From Hyalangium minutum (GTDB taxonomy: Bacteria; Myxococcota; Myxococcia; Myxococcales; Myxococcaceae): a stretch of DNA of 62,000 bases. Position numbers and translations under genes: made by a program. The first letter of the stretch is position 1; the number at the start of each line of letters is the position of its first letter. Where the stretch lies: positions 206,001 through 268,000 of the forward strand of contig NZ_JMCB01000001.1 in assembly GCF_000737315.1 (NCBI RefSeq), written 5' to 3'. Positions 39,154 to 48,488 of this stretch are shown in pieces. A model generated the notes under the pieces. The model was not told the DNA's origin. It saw only the letters and a list, made by a program, of their open reading frames with translations, and ran no database searches.

Positions 39154-40470
39154 ATGCACGCCCTCCTCCCGCTGCTTGCCCTGGCGCTCTGTCTCGCGCC
39201 CGTCACCACGCCCGCTCAGCCCTCCTCCCCTGCTGCTCCGGCTCCCGCGCCTGCCCAGCCCGCCACCCTGCTGCGCCCGGCCCGCGTCTTCGACGGGGTC
39301 TCGGCCCAGCCGCGTGAGGGTTGGGTGGTGCTCGTCAGGGGAGATCGGATCGCCGCGGTAGCGCCCGCTGCCCAGGTGAGGCCCCCCGAGGGCGCCGAGG
39401 TCATCGATCTGCCCGACACCACGCTCCTGCCCGGTCTCATCGAGGGCCACTCGCACCTGCTGCTCCACCCGTACAACGAAGCGCCCTGGAACGATCAGGT
39501 GCTCAAGGAGTCACTCGCGCTGCGCGTCGCGCGGGCCACCCAGCATGCCCGCGCTACCCTCATGGCGGGCTTCACCACGATTCGGGACCTGGGCACCGAG
39601 GGCGCTGGGGACGCGGACGTGGGACTCAAGCAGGCCATCCATCAGGGCATCATCCCCGGCCCCCGGATGAAGGTCACCACGCGGGCCCTCGTGGCCACCG
39701 GCAGCTATGGGCCCAAGGGACTCGCCGTGGAGTGGGAGGTGCCACAAGGCGCCGAGGAGGCGGATGGCGTGGACGCGCTCATCCGCGCTGTGCGGGGGCA
39801 GATCGGCCGCGGGGCGGACTGGATCAAGGTTTACGGGGACTACCGCTGGGGCCCCAAGGGTGAGGCGCGGCCCACGTACTCGGAGGCGGAGCTGCGGCTC
39901 ATCGTCGAGACGGCGCGCGACAGCGGCCGCCCGGTGGTGGTGCATGCATCCACGGCCGAGGGCATCCGCCGCGCGGTGATGGCGGGGGTGGAGACCATCG
40001 AGCACGGCGACGAGGCGACGCCCGAGGTGCTCAAGCTCATGGCCCAGCGAGGGGTAATGCTTTGCCCCACCCTCTCCGCCCAGGAGGCGAACCTGGGGTA
40101 CGGCGGGTGGAAGAAGGGCGTCAGCCCGGAGCCGGAGTCCGTGCGCAAGAAGCGCGAGGCCTTTCGCGCCGCGCTGGCCTCGGGCGTGACGATCTGCAAC
40201 GGCAGTGACTCGGGCGTCTTCGCGCACGGCGACAACGCGCGAGAGCTGGAGCTGATGGTGGAGTACGGCATGGCTCCCACGCAGGCGCTCCGGGCGGCCA
40301 CCTCCGTCAACGCGCGCATGTTGCACATGGAAGACCAGCTCGGGCAGGTAAAGGAGGGGCTGCTGGCGGACCTCGTCGCGGTGCGAGGCGATCCCACGCG
40401 CGACATTTCTACCCTGCGCCAGGTGCGGCTCGTGATGAAGGGCGGGAAGGTGTACCGCCGCGAGCCCTGA
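39154..40470 (+). CDS. Secreted amidohydrolase family protein (Xaa-Pro dipeptidase-like)
   Basis: Signal peptide; [37 protein letters not shown]. Confidence 0.9.
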   Translation: MHALLPLLALALCLAPVTTPAQPSSPAAPAPAPAQPATLLRPARVFDGVSAQPREGWVVLVRGDRIAAVAPAAQVRPPEGAEVIDLPDTTLLPGLIEGHSHLLLHPYNEAPWNDQVLKESLALRVARATQHARATLMAGFTTIRDLGTEGAGDADVGLKQAIHQGIIPGPRMKVTTRALVATGSYGPKGLAVEWEVPQGAEEADGVDALIRAVRGQIGRGADWIKVYGDYRWGPKGEARPTYSEAELRLIVETARDSGRPVVVHASTAEGIRRAVMAGVETIEHGDEATPEVLKLMAQRGVMLCPTLSAQEANLGYGGWKKGVSPEPESVRKKREAFRAALASGVTICNGSDSGVFAHGDNARELELMVEYGMAPTQALRAATSVNARMLHMEDQLGQVKEGLLADLVAVRGDPTRDISTLRQVRLVMKGGKVYRREP

Positions 40471-40498
40471 GCTTTAACATTGATGGGATTCTCGGGAG

Positions 40499-40537
40499 GG
40501 AGGCGGCGGGAATCGAACCCGCCGCTTGGAGCTTCTG
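40499..40537 (-). repeat. tRNA/tmRNA 3'-end-like T-loop hairpin repeat, copy B
   Basis: Minus strand CAGAAGCTCCAAGCGGCGGGTTCGATTCCCGCCGCCTCC; perfect 8-bp stem with TTCGATT loop; 28 nt after the amidohydrolase stop. Confidence 0.85.
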
Positions 40538-40580
40538 GCGAGCGCGCCTCAACTCGGTCAAGCGCGGGCCCCTTACCTTA

Positions 40581-40690
40581 GAAGAGTGCGGAGTGCTGGC
40601 CCACGGCTTCGCGCGGGTGCGGTGTGGAAGTTGTAAGGACGAACTTCTGTCGCCTTCTCATGCAAGGGGCGAAGAGTGTGCCTTCCTTGA
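40581..40690 (+). mobile_element. IS91-family transposase remnant (N-terminal zinc-binding region), frameshifted
   Basis: Translates ECGVLAHGFARVRCGSCKDELL then, after a 1-nt shift, VAFSCKGRRVC and a stop. Confidence 0.8.
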
Positions 40691-40743
40691 GGAAGCCCGC
40701 AAGGCCCACGCCCGCGACGAGCAGTCACAGGGTCACCAGCCCC

Positions 40744-43700
40744 TCACGGAGACCTGAGTCGGCGCCGGCGAAGCGCCAGGGCCAGTGTCAACAAAGCCCA
40801 GGTGACAGGGGACGCGGAGGCGCTGGAGCAACCCCAGCCGTAATGGCTCTGCTGGACCGCGAAGACATGATCGACGCGCTGGCTCTCATTGCCAGCCTTA
40901 TCTCTGGCGATGGTGGAGACGACATGTTTCCCGACTGCCAGATCACTCGATGGGGTGAACATCCAGACCTCCGACTCATCGACGTCAACCTCGTCCACCT
41001 TCGTCCCATTCAGCCACACCTCCACCGTGCTCTCTCGCTCGGCGGTTCCACGAATGGTAGGCCTTCTGCTGGTGGCGAATTCCCCAGGCGCAGTCACTTG
41101 GGGCTCCGCTGGCGCCAGAGAATCAATGGTGAAGTCGAACGGCTTCGAAAGAGAGCTGATATTCTTCGCCAGATCCGCAGCGGTGGCAGTGATCTGGTGG
41201 GAGCCCTCATTCAGGGCGGGGGACGGGAAGGACCAACCGCCCGACGCACTCGCAACGGCTATCCCAGCTACCTCCCCATCCACCAGCACTGTCACCGTGC
41301 TCTCGGCCTCCGCTCTCCCCGTAAAGTTTAGACTCAAGTCTTTGATGGAACCCGCGGTTGCAGTGATCTCTGGGGCTGCTGGCGCCAGCGTGTCGACCCC
41401 AAAGCTAATGGGAGCGGAGACAGGGCTGACGTTGCCCGCTGCATCCATGGAGGTGGCCGTGACCTGGTGGGGCCCGTCGAGCAGCGCCGTGGTCGGGAAG
41501 TCCCAGCCGCCTGACGCTCTCACGATGGCTGTCCCGACCACGACCCCATCTAGAGACACCGTCACCGTGCTTTCGGCCTCTGCCGTTCCGGAAATGATGG
41601 GTCCCTGAGTATTGATGAATTCCCCGAGCGTGCTCAACACAGGTGCCGCTGGCTTCGACACGTCCACCTTGAAGCTGCGGGTCGGGGAGGCAGAACCCAT
41701 ATTGCCCGCCTCATCTGCGGCGGTAGCTGTGACTTGATGGGAGCCCTCTACCAGTTCCGTGGTTGGTATGGCGGCCCAGTCTCCCGCACTGTTCGCCATA
41801 GTCTTTCCCACAATGATCCCATCCAGCGAAACCGTGACGATGCTACTTGGCTCAGCCGTCCCGACGATGATTGGCTTCCGGGCATTGACGAGGTCCCCAG
41901 GTACAGTCACCGCTGGCGCACCTGGCTCCACGGTGTCAACCACGAAGGTACGGGCTTCGGACACAGGGCTGACATTGCCTGCCGCATCCATGGCGGTGGC
42001 ATGGACCTGCTGGACGCCATCGGTCAGCCCTGTGGCAGGGGTGAAACTCCAAGCTCCTCTGACATTGGCTGTGGCTGTGCCTGCCTCCGTGCCATCCAGG
42101 AATACCGTCACCGTGCTGTCGGCCTCCGCCGTCCCTCCAAGAATGGGCGTCGGCGTGTTGACGAATGCCGGAGGCGCGCTCATCAAGGGAGCACCTGGCG
42201 GCCTGGTGTCCACCGTGAACCTGTTGGTGTTGGAGCCGAAGCTGGTGTTGCCCGCCGCATCCCGTGCCGTGGCGCTCACCGGGTGTGCGCCATCAGCCAA
42301 CGGCGTGGTCGGCGTGAAGTTCCAGTTGCCGCTGGCATTGGCCGTGGTGGTGCCCACCGGCGTGCCGTCCACGATGACCGTCACCGTGCTGCCTGGCTCG
42401 GCGGTGCCCGTGTAGTCCGGGGTGTTGTCGTTGGTGCGCGAGCCATTGGCCGGTGTCACCACCACCGGAGCCGCCGGAGGCGTGGCGTCCACGATGAACG
42501 TGTTGGTGTTGGAGCCGGGGCTGGTGTTGCCCGCCGCATCCCGTGCCGTGGCGCTCACCGGGTGTGCGCCATCGGCCAGCGATATGGTCGGCGTGAAGTT
42601 CCAGTTGCCGCTGGCATTGGCCGTGGTGGTGCCCACCAGCGTGCCGTCCACGATGACCGTCACCGTGCTGCCCGGCTCGGCAGCGGTGCCCGTGTAGTCC
42701 GGGGTGTTGTCGTTGGTGAGCGAGCCGTTGGCCGGCGTCACCACCACCGGAGCCGCCGGAGGCGTGGTGTCCACGATGAACATGTTGGTGTTGCTCGACA
42801 CGCTCTGCACACCCTCGGTCGTGTTGACAGCCACGGCGCTCACCGTGTGCGAGTCGGGCGCCAGGGGCGTCGTGGGGGTGAAGCTCCAGTTGCCAGCGGC
42901 ATCCGGCGTCGCCGAGCCCACTGTCACCCCGTCCACGATGACGGACACCGTGGTCCCCGTGGGGAACGGCTGGGCGAGCGTGCCCATGTAGGTGAGCGTC
43001 GTGTTGTTGGTCGAGGAGCCGTTGGCCGGCGTGACTACCACCGGCGCGGGCAGCACGGGGAAGCCACCGGTCAGCGTGGCCGTGGCGCCTGCGGTTCCGG
43101 GCTGCGCGCCGTAAAAGGCGCCCAGCGGAGACGAGGAGTTCGCCTGCACGCCGGCGTTCCCGGTGTTGACGGCAAAGGTCGGCAGGGCGCAGGTGCCACT
43201 CCCCTTCTGGAAGATGATACGGCCACCGCCGCCCGCGCCACCCGGACCGACGTCGAAGCCCGAGTTGGAGCTGCCGCCGTTGCCTCCAATGGCCGTGATG
43301 TTTCCGCATGTCGCAGCTGCGGCGACGCGCAGGTAGATGGTGCCGCCGCCGCCACCGCCGCTCGAACCATCCTGACCGCTGGCGTTGCCGCCCGGATCGC
43401 CGTTGGCCGACATCGACCCGGCACCCGAGATCGCTCCGACGCGGGCGAAGATGATGCCACCGCCCCGGCCACCGGCTGCGGTGCCACCCGAGGAGTGACC
43501 CGCACCGCCGCCCCCGCCCATGAGCAGGTGGTTGAACTTGCTGGAGGACGTATAGGTCAGCCCCAAGCCTCCAGTTCCTCCCACGGCCCGGCTGCCATCA
43601 TTGCTGTTACCGCCCAGGCCGCCGCCACCGACGTGAGCGCCACCACCGCCGCCCGAGCTGTCACACACGCCACCGCCACCACCGGTGGTCACATGCCCGC

Positions 43701-44430
43701 GCCCCGTAACCGAGGAGCCGTACCGGGTGAAGGCGATGCCCTCACCCTTCTGCGCTCCCTTCGGAGGAGCCTCATCCAGCCCCGTGCAGCCCACGTCGCC
43801 GCTGGCGTCCTCCACCGGCTGCCCACTGCGGAAGCCACGGCCCGCGGCGTTGAGAGCGGGAATGCCCCCGCTGGTCATCAAGGTCCCCGAGACCAGGAAG
43901 GCCAGCACGCCGCCGGTGCTACCATCCCACATAGAGGGGGCAAGGCTGCGGGCAGCCGGGATGGTGAGGTTGAGGTACTCGGGCACCCGGACGACCTGGG
44001 TGACGTTGGCCGCGTAGCTGTAGAGCAGCGGTGCCGTCAGGTTCACCGTGGAGCCCGCCACGGTGGTCACCCGCACGAACTCCCAGCGGCCCACAGGCTG
44101 GTTGGTGTCGATGGTGATGGCGGTCGTATCTCCTCTGGGAGGCTCCGGGACGATGCCCGTCATCTGGATCACCACCAGCAGATCGCCCGCCGCGATCGGA
44201 TCAGCAGCCCCAGTGGAGGCCCCGATCTGGATGGCGGTGTCGCCCGGCGCCAGAGGCGCCGTCACCCGGGCGTAGGTGTTGATGATCTGGTTGGCAGTGC
44301 TGATCGTGGGTGGGGTGTCATCGCCACGGCCCAGGCCCACGTTGTCCGGGCCGGCCAGCGCGGGCAGCGCGCACAGGGTGAGCGCCAGCAGCGCGGTGTG
44401 GAGGATGTATTTCCAAGACATGCCCTTCAT
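40744..44430 (-). CDS. Large surface adhesin-like protein: AgmC-like N-terminus, Gly-rich region, 8 Ig-like repeats, MYXO-CTERM-like anchor
   Basis: Signal peptide; repeats of the form D-x-x-x-P-x-A-P...GTAE...DxAGN; C-terminal YGWGC + hydrophobic helix + RRRR. Confidence 0.85.
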   Translation of the reverse strand: MKGMSWKYILHTALLALTLCALPALAGPDNVGLGRGDDTPPTISTANQIINTYARVTAPLAPGDTAIQIGASTGAADPIAAGDLLVVIQMTGIVPEPPRGDTTAITIDTNQPVGRWEFVRVTTVAGSTVNLTAPLLYSYAANVTQVVRVPEYLNLTIPAARSLAPSMWDGSTGGVLAFLVSGTLMTSGGIPALNAAGRGFRSGQPVEDASGDVGCTGLDEAPPKGAQKGEGIAFTRYGSSVTGRGHVTTGGGGGVCDSSGGGGGAHVGGGGLGGNSNDGSRAVGGTGGLGLTYTSSSKFNHLLMGGGGGAGHSSGGTAAGGRGGGIIFARVGAISGAGSMSANGDPGGNASGQDGSSGGGGGGTIYLRVAAAATCGNITAIGGNGGSSNSGFDVGPGGAGGGGRIIFQKGSGTCALPTFAVNTGNAGVQANSSSPLGAFYGAQPGTAGATATLTGGFPVLPAPVVVTPANGSSTNNTTLTYMGTLAQPFPTGTTVSVIVDGVTVGSATPDAAGNWSFTPTTPLAPDSHTVSAVAVNTTEGVQSVSSNTNMFIVDTTPPAAPVVVTPANGSLTNDNTPDYTGTAAEPGSTVTVIVDGTLVGTTTANASGNWNFTPTISLADGAHPVSATARDAAGNTSPGSNTNTFIVDATPPAAPVVVTPANGSRTNDNTPDYTGTAEPGSTVTVIVDGTPVGTTTANASGNWNFTPTTPLADGAHPVSATARDAAGNTSFGSNTNRFTVDTRPPGAPLMSAPPAFVNTPTPILGGTAEADSTVTVFLDGTEAGTATANVRGAWSFTPATGLTDGVQQVHATAMDAAGNVSPVSEARTFVVDTVEPGAPAVTVPGDLVNARKPIIVGTAEPSSIVTVSLDGIIVGKTMANSAGDWAAIPTTELVEGSHQVTATAADEAGNMGSASPTRSFKVDVSKPAAPVLSTLGEFINTQGPIISGTAEAESTVTVSLDGVVVGTAIVRASGGWDFPTTALLDGPHQVTATSMDAAGNVSPVSAPISFGVDTLAPAAPEITATAGSIKDLSLNFTGRAEAESTVTVLVDGEVAGIAVASASGGWSFPSPALNEGSHQITATAADLAKNISSLSKPFDFTIDSLAPAEPQVTAPGEFATSRRPTIRGTAERESTVEVWLNGTKVDEVDVDESEVWMFTPSSDLAVGKHVVSTIARDKAGNESQRVDHVFAVQQSHYGWGCSSASASPVTWALLTLALALRRRRLRSP
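42211..42771 (-). repeat. Near-identical tandem Ig-domain repeat (282 nt + 279 nt)
   Basis: Units 42490..42771 and 42211..42489 encode 94 and 93 aa differing at only a few residues. Confidence 0.9.
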
Positions 44431-44587
44431 GTATCGCTTCCCTCACACCCGCCAGAGATTCACGGAACGGCGGGTGTGCAGACAAGCAATGCAAGAGTCG
44501 GACCTGAACATGCTGGTGCGCGTTCGGGCGAGCTGGGCACTCGCCGAACACGTGAACGGAAGCTGGACGTCGGCTGTCGCGGCCTGT

Positions 44588-44629
44588 CGTCAATTGACGC
44601 GCAAGCGCTCGCGGCTGACGCGTCAATTG
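44588..44629. promoter_or_regulatory. Palindrome cluster upstream of the adhesin gene (possible operator)
   Basis: Perfect palindrome CGTCAATTGACG (44588-44599), palindrome TGACGCGTCA (44616-44625) and a second CGTCAATTG (44621-44629). Confidence 0.35.
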
Positions 44630-44906
44630 CGGCGGCGCCGCAATCACCTGAGCAGCACCAGACTCCCGGCCCAGAAAGCCCAGAGCGTGTGGCGCCAAGC
44701 CAGCAGCAGGGATTGTCAAAAACACCAGCAACCCGCCTTGCCTTGAGCAGACGTTGGGCAAAACTTCGGTGTGCCCCACGCCGACTGCGCGGTTCGGAGG
44801 CCCCCTTCAGCCGCTCTCCGCTGCCACTCTATGCCCCTCCCTCACATGCAACAGTGCCCCCCTTCCTCAGACCGAGAGCGCTTGAAAGCGGCGGAGTGCC
44901 CTGCTT

Positions 44907-44945
44907 GGGAGCGTCGGCAATCGAACCCGCCGCTCGGAGCTTCTG
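44907..44945 (-). repeat. tRNA/tmRNA 3'-end-like T-loop hairpin repeat, copy C (degenerate)
   Basis: Minus strand CAGAAGCTCCGAGCGGCGGGTTCGATTGCCGACGCTCCC; 34/39 identical to copy B, same orientation. Confidence 0.8.
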
Positions 44946-45275
44946 ACGAGTCGCCAGCGACGACAGTGGCGAGCGCGGGCTCTTCGTTTCTCGCTGCTCT
45001 CGATCTGTTCGGTTTCGTGTTGGGGGAACACCGGTCGGTTGCAAGGAGCGTCGCGTAGACGAAGACGCGCGCGGACGCGCCACGCTGGCTCCTGGGCGTT
45101 CATGGCTGCCCCCCGCTGCCATCGACAGGCCAGCAGAAGCCCATGCGCGCGCAAGACGATCTCGAATGTTATTTGGACTCCGCGTTATGGATCGTCCAGT
45201 TGTGCGGCGATACAAGAGGAGGGCGAACCAACACGCCGGGCTCAACGCCAGACGACTTCACCCAGGAGAGATGCC

Positions 45276-45596
45276 ATGTCCCAACTGAGGATCCATGCGA
45301 CCCACGGCTTCCACGCCACGATGACGGCCCGTCCAGGGAAGGCCGATGAGCTGATTGACCTCTTGCTCAGCGGAGCGCCGACGGGCAACGCGAACTGCCT
45401 CCTCTACCTCGTCGGGCGCTCGGCCAGCGATCCCAACGCCGTTCACGTCACCGAAGGCTGGACCACCCAAGAGGCCCACGCCGAGAACTTCGCGCGCGCG
45501 CAGTCGCAGTCGCTGGTCGCCAAGATCGCGCCGCTCGTGACTGGCGGCGCCCACTATCAGGACGTCATCACGATGGGAGGCACGCTCCGCAGATGA
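45276..45596 (+). CDS. Antibiotic biosynthesis monooxygenase (ABM) family protein
   Basis: TARPGKADEL, CLLYLVGRS...VHVTEGWTTQEAH; GGAG RBS. Confidence 0.75.
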   Translation: MSQLRIHATHGFHATMTARPGKADELIDLLLSGAPTGNANCLLYLVGRSASDPNAVHVTEGWTTQEAHAENFARAQSQSLVAKIAPLVTGGAHYQDVITMGGTLRR

Positions 45597-45712
45597 CCAG
45601 GGGGCGGCGACGCTCCACGAGCGACGACGTCTCCGCGAGGAGCACGGTCGTCAAATCATCCATCGCGCGCTGCAACAGCTACGGCGCCCAGCTCTGAACT
45701 CTGAAACGGAGA

Positions 45713-46462
45713 ATGTCTATGAAGAATGTCCTCATTACGGGTTGCTCTTCCGGGTACGGCCTCGAAACGGCGCGCTACTTCCACGAACGAGGCTGGCGCG
45801 TCGTTGCCACCATGCGAAAGCCGCGTGAAGACGTGCTGCCGCGCTCGGAGCGCCTTCGAATCGTTGCTCTCGACGTGACAAACGCCGCGAGCATCCAGGC
45901 GGCGATCGAAGCGAGCGGACCGATCGACGTCCTCGTCAACAACGCGGGCATCGGCGCCATCGGCGCGTTCGAGGCGATGCCGATGTCGATCGTGCGCGAG
46001 ATGTTCGAGACCAACACCCTCGGGGTCATTGCGATGACACAGGCCGTGGTGCCTCAGTTTCGACAGCGGCAATCGGGTGTGGTGGTGAACGTCACGTCGA
46101 GCGTGACGCTTGCGCCGATGCCGCTGGCCGCCGTCTACACCGCGACCAAGATGGCCATCGAAGGCTTCACCGCGTCGCTCGCACTGGAGCTCGAGTCCTT
46201 CAATGTCCGCGCCAAGCTCGTCGAGCCTGGCTACTGCCCGACGACCGCTTTCACTCGGAACTCTGGGCCACGAATGGAAGGGAACATTCCGGACGCGTAC
46301 GCGGCCTTCGCTCAGCGGGTTCTCGGTGACTTCACCCAGCAGCCGGTCGTGACGAAGGAGTCCGATGTCGCCGAGGTCGTCTATCGCGCTGCGAACGACG
46401 CCTCCGCACAGCTCCGCTTTCCCGCCGGGTCCGACGCGGTGGCTCTGGCTCAGGCGAAGTGA
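45713..46462 (+). CDS. Short-chain dehydrogenase/reductase
   Basis: ITGCSSGYG, VLVNNAG, YTATK catalytic motif. Confidence 0.95.
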   Translation: MSMKNVLITGCSSGYGLETARYFHERGWRVVATMRKPREDVLPRSERLRIVALDVTNAASIQAAIEASGPIDVLVNNAGIGAIGAFEAMPMSIVREMFETNTLGVIAMTQAVVPQFRQRQSGVVVNVTSSVTLAPMPLAAVYTATKMAIEGFTASLALELESFNVRAKLVEPGYCPTTAFTRNSGPRMEGNIPDAYAAFAQRVLGDFTQQPVVTKESDVAEVVYRAANDASAQLRFPAGSDAVALAQAK

Positions 46463-46474
46463 CGGAGTGCATCC

Positions 46475-47413
46475 ATGAACACCCTCCATCTCGTTGATCC
46501 CGCCGTCCGCGACTTCGTCGCCTCCGCAGGCCTCTTCGATCCCGAGCGCGACCCGCTCGAGCTCTTCCGCAAGCAGTTGCTTGCGTCGTACGCGCAGATG
46601 GCACCAGCGATGCCGGATGCACGAGAAGAGCGCTGGGTCCCCGGACTGCGTGAGGTTCGCGTGCTGATGTACCGTCCGAATGCCGGGCCCCCGCCGTCAC
46701 GAGCCATCGTCTACGTGCATGGCGGCGGCTTCATCGCGGGCGCCGCAGAAATGACAGACGCCATGTGCGTCCAACTCGCGAACGAGCACCGCGCGCTCAT
46801 CGTGAGCGTGGACTATCGCCTCGCGCCGGAGAGTCCGTTCCCCGGTCCCGTCGAGGAGTGCTACGCCGCCCTCTCATGGGTCCTGAAGGAGTCTCCCTCT
46901 CTTGGGATCAATCCCGCACGGGTCATCCTGCTGGGACACAGTGCGGGCGGAGGTCTCGCGGCGGCGACGGCGCTCCTGCATCGAGATCGTGGAGGCGCGC
47001 TTCTCGCTGGGCAGGTGCTCGTCTACCCCATGCTCGACGCGCGGACGGGAACGCCGGAGGCGCCCGTCGACAATCCGACCACTGGCGAGTTCGGATGGAC
47101 GCGAGCGATCAACCGCTTCGCTTGGCAGGCAATGCGAGGCGGCGCATCCATCCCGAGCGAGCGCCAAGGTCACTACTCGCCGTCTCTCGCGAGCGACCTC
47201 ACCCACCTGCCTCCGACGTTCCTGGCCGTCGGGTCCGTCGACCTCTTCTTCGAAGAGGATATTGCATACGGGATGCGCCTCTCGCGTGCAGGCGTGCCGG
47301 TCGAGCTCCACGTGTACCAGGGCGGTATCCACGGCTTCGACTTCTTCCCCGGGAGCACGACGGACCGCTTCTCCGCGGAGCTGCGCGCGGCGATTGCGCG
47401 CCTGCTCGGGTGA
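46475..47413 (+). CDS. Alpha/beta hydrolase (HSL-like esterase/lipase)
   Basis: HGGG oxyanion motif, GHSAGG nucleophile elbow, GSVD, HGFD. Confidence 0.9.
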   Translation: MNTLHLVDPAVRDFVASAGLFDPERDPLELFRKQLLASYAQMAPAMPDAREERWVPGLREVRVLMYRPNAGPPPSRAIVYVHGGGFIAGAAEMTDAMCVQLANEHRALIVSVDYRLAPESPFPGPVEECYAALSWVLKESPSLGINPARVILLGHSAGGGLAAATALLHRDRGGALLAGQVLVYPMLDARTGTPEAPVDNPTTGEFGWTRAINRFAWQAMRGGASIPSERQGHYSPSLASDLTHLPPTFLAVGSVDLFFEEDIAYGMRLSRAGVPVELHVYQGGIHGFDFFPGSTTDRFSAELRAAIARLLG

Positions 47414-47453
47414 TTCCGAAACACGGGAGACGCGCTATGATATCGGGCCTATC

Positions 47454-48479
47454 ATGCATTCGCGAGCGTCTGAGTCCCCCCTCCCGGAGCCCGCCCACGA
47501 CACGTCCGACCCTCTCGCTGCCGTCATTTCGCTCCTCCGCCCTCAGACGGTGCTCTCGAAGGTCATCAGCGGCGCCGGACGATGGAGCGTGCGATACGAT
47601 GCGCATGAGGATCCCGGGTTTTGCCTCATGCTGGAGGGCTCCTGCTTCCTCGACCTCGACGGCATCGGCTCGATCAAGCTCGAAGAGGGTGACTTCATCC
47701 TCCTGCCCGCCACTCCCGGCTTCACCATGGCGAGTGATCTCGGGATCAAACCCAAGCTCATCAAGCCGACGCATACGAACGAGCTCCGACACGGAACGCA
47801 GTCTGGCCCCCCGACGATGCGACAGCTCGGCGGGTACTTCCGCTTTGATCGCACGAACGCCCAGCTCGTCGTCAGCTTCCTACCGTCAATGATTCATATT
47901 CGGCGAGATGAGCCGGGAGCCACGCGGCTGCGCAGGGTCGTCGAGCTTATCAGCGAGGAGACGGCGGCACGTCGTCCGGGGCGTGATTTGATCCTTGGGC
48001 GACTCGTCGAGGTGCTCCTTGTCGAGGCCCTGCGCTTTCGACCCGCAGAAGCCGCGGGTCAGGAGAAAGGGCTGCTCGCAGGCCTCACCGATTCCGCGCT
48101 TGCCCGCGCTCTTCGGCGGATGCACGACGACGTTGCGCACCGATGGACGGTCGCCGACTTGGCGCGGACGGCAGGCATGTCTCGCGCGTCCTTTGCAGAA
48201 CGGTTCATGCGAACGGTGGGGGTGCCTCCCATGGAGTACCTTCTCGAATGGCGCATCGCGATCGCGAAAGACCTCCTTCGGCGAGAGCGCGTCTCACTCT
48301 CGGAGGTGGCTGAGATGATCGGGTACCAGTCCGCGAGCGCGTTCAGTACGGCGTTTTCGCGCCATGCCGGCTGCTCGCCAAGCGAGTTTGCTCGCTCGAT
48401 GCGCATAGGCTCACAGCCACATTCGAGGGGCCACCCCGAGCGGAGAGGGGTTTATCGTCCGTTTAAAAACGGGGCGTAG
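47454..48479 (+). CDS. AraC family transcriptional regulator (cupin + HTH)
   Basis: DPLAAVISLL, WTVADLARTAGMSRASFAERF, GYQSASAFSTAF. Confidence 0.9.
   Translation: MHSRASESPLPEPAHDTSDPLAAVISLLRPQTVLSKVISGAGRWSVRYDAHEDPGFCLMLEGSCFLDLDGIGSIKLEEGDFILLPATPGFTMASDLGIKPKLIKPTHTNELRHGTQSGPPTMRQLGGYFRFDRTNAQLVVSFLPSMIHIRRDEPGATRLRRVVELISEETAARRPGRDLILGRLVEVLLVEALRFRPAEAAGQEKGLLAGLTDSALARALRRMHDDVAHRWTVADLARTAGMSRASFAERFMRTVGVPPMEYLLEWRIAIAKDLLRRERVSLSEVAEMIGYQSASAFSTAFSRHAGCSPSEFARSMRIGSQPHSRGHPERRGVYRPFKNGA
48450..48465 (+). promoter_or_regulatory. Possible OmpR-family direct-repeat box upstream of the ABC exporter
   Basis: GTTTA at 48450 and 48461 (11-nt period) in an AT-rich patch 24-39 nt before the ABC ATG. 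Confidence 0.25.
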
Positions 48480-48488
48480 GTTGCCAGC

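Noticed and set aside
42211-42771. CRISPR-like or non-coding tandem array
   Set aside because: The repeats are in-frame Ig-domain coding units of about 280 nt with no spacers; no cas genes in the window.
41734-44946. 1070-aa plus-strand ORF
   Set aside because: Antisense shadow of the adhesin gene.
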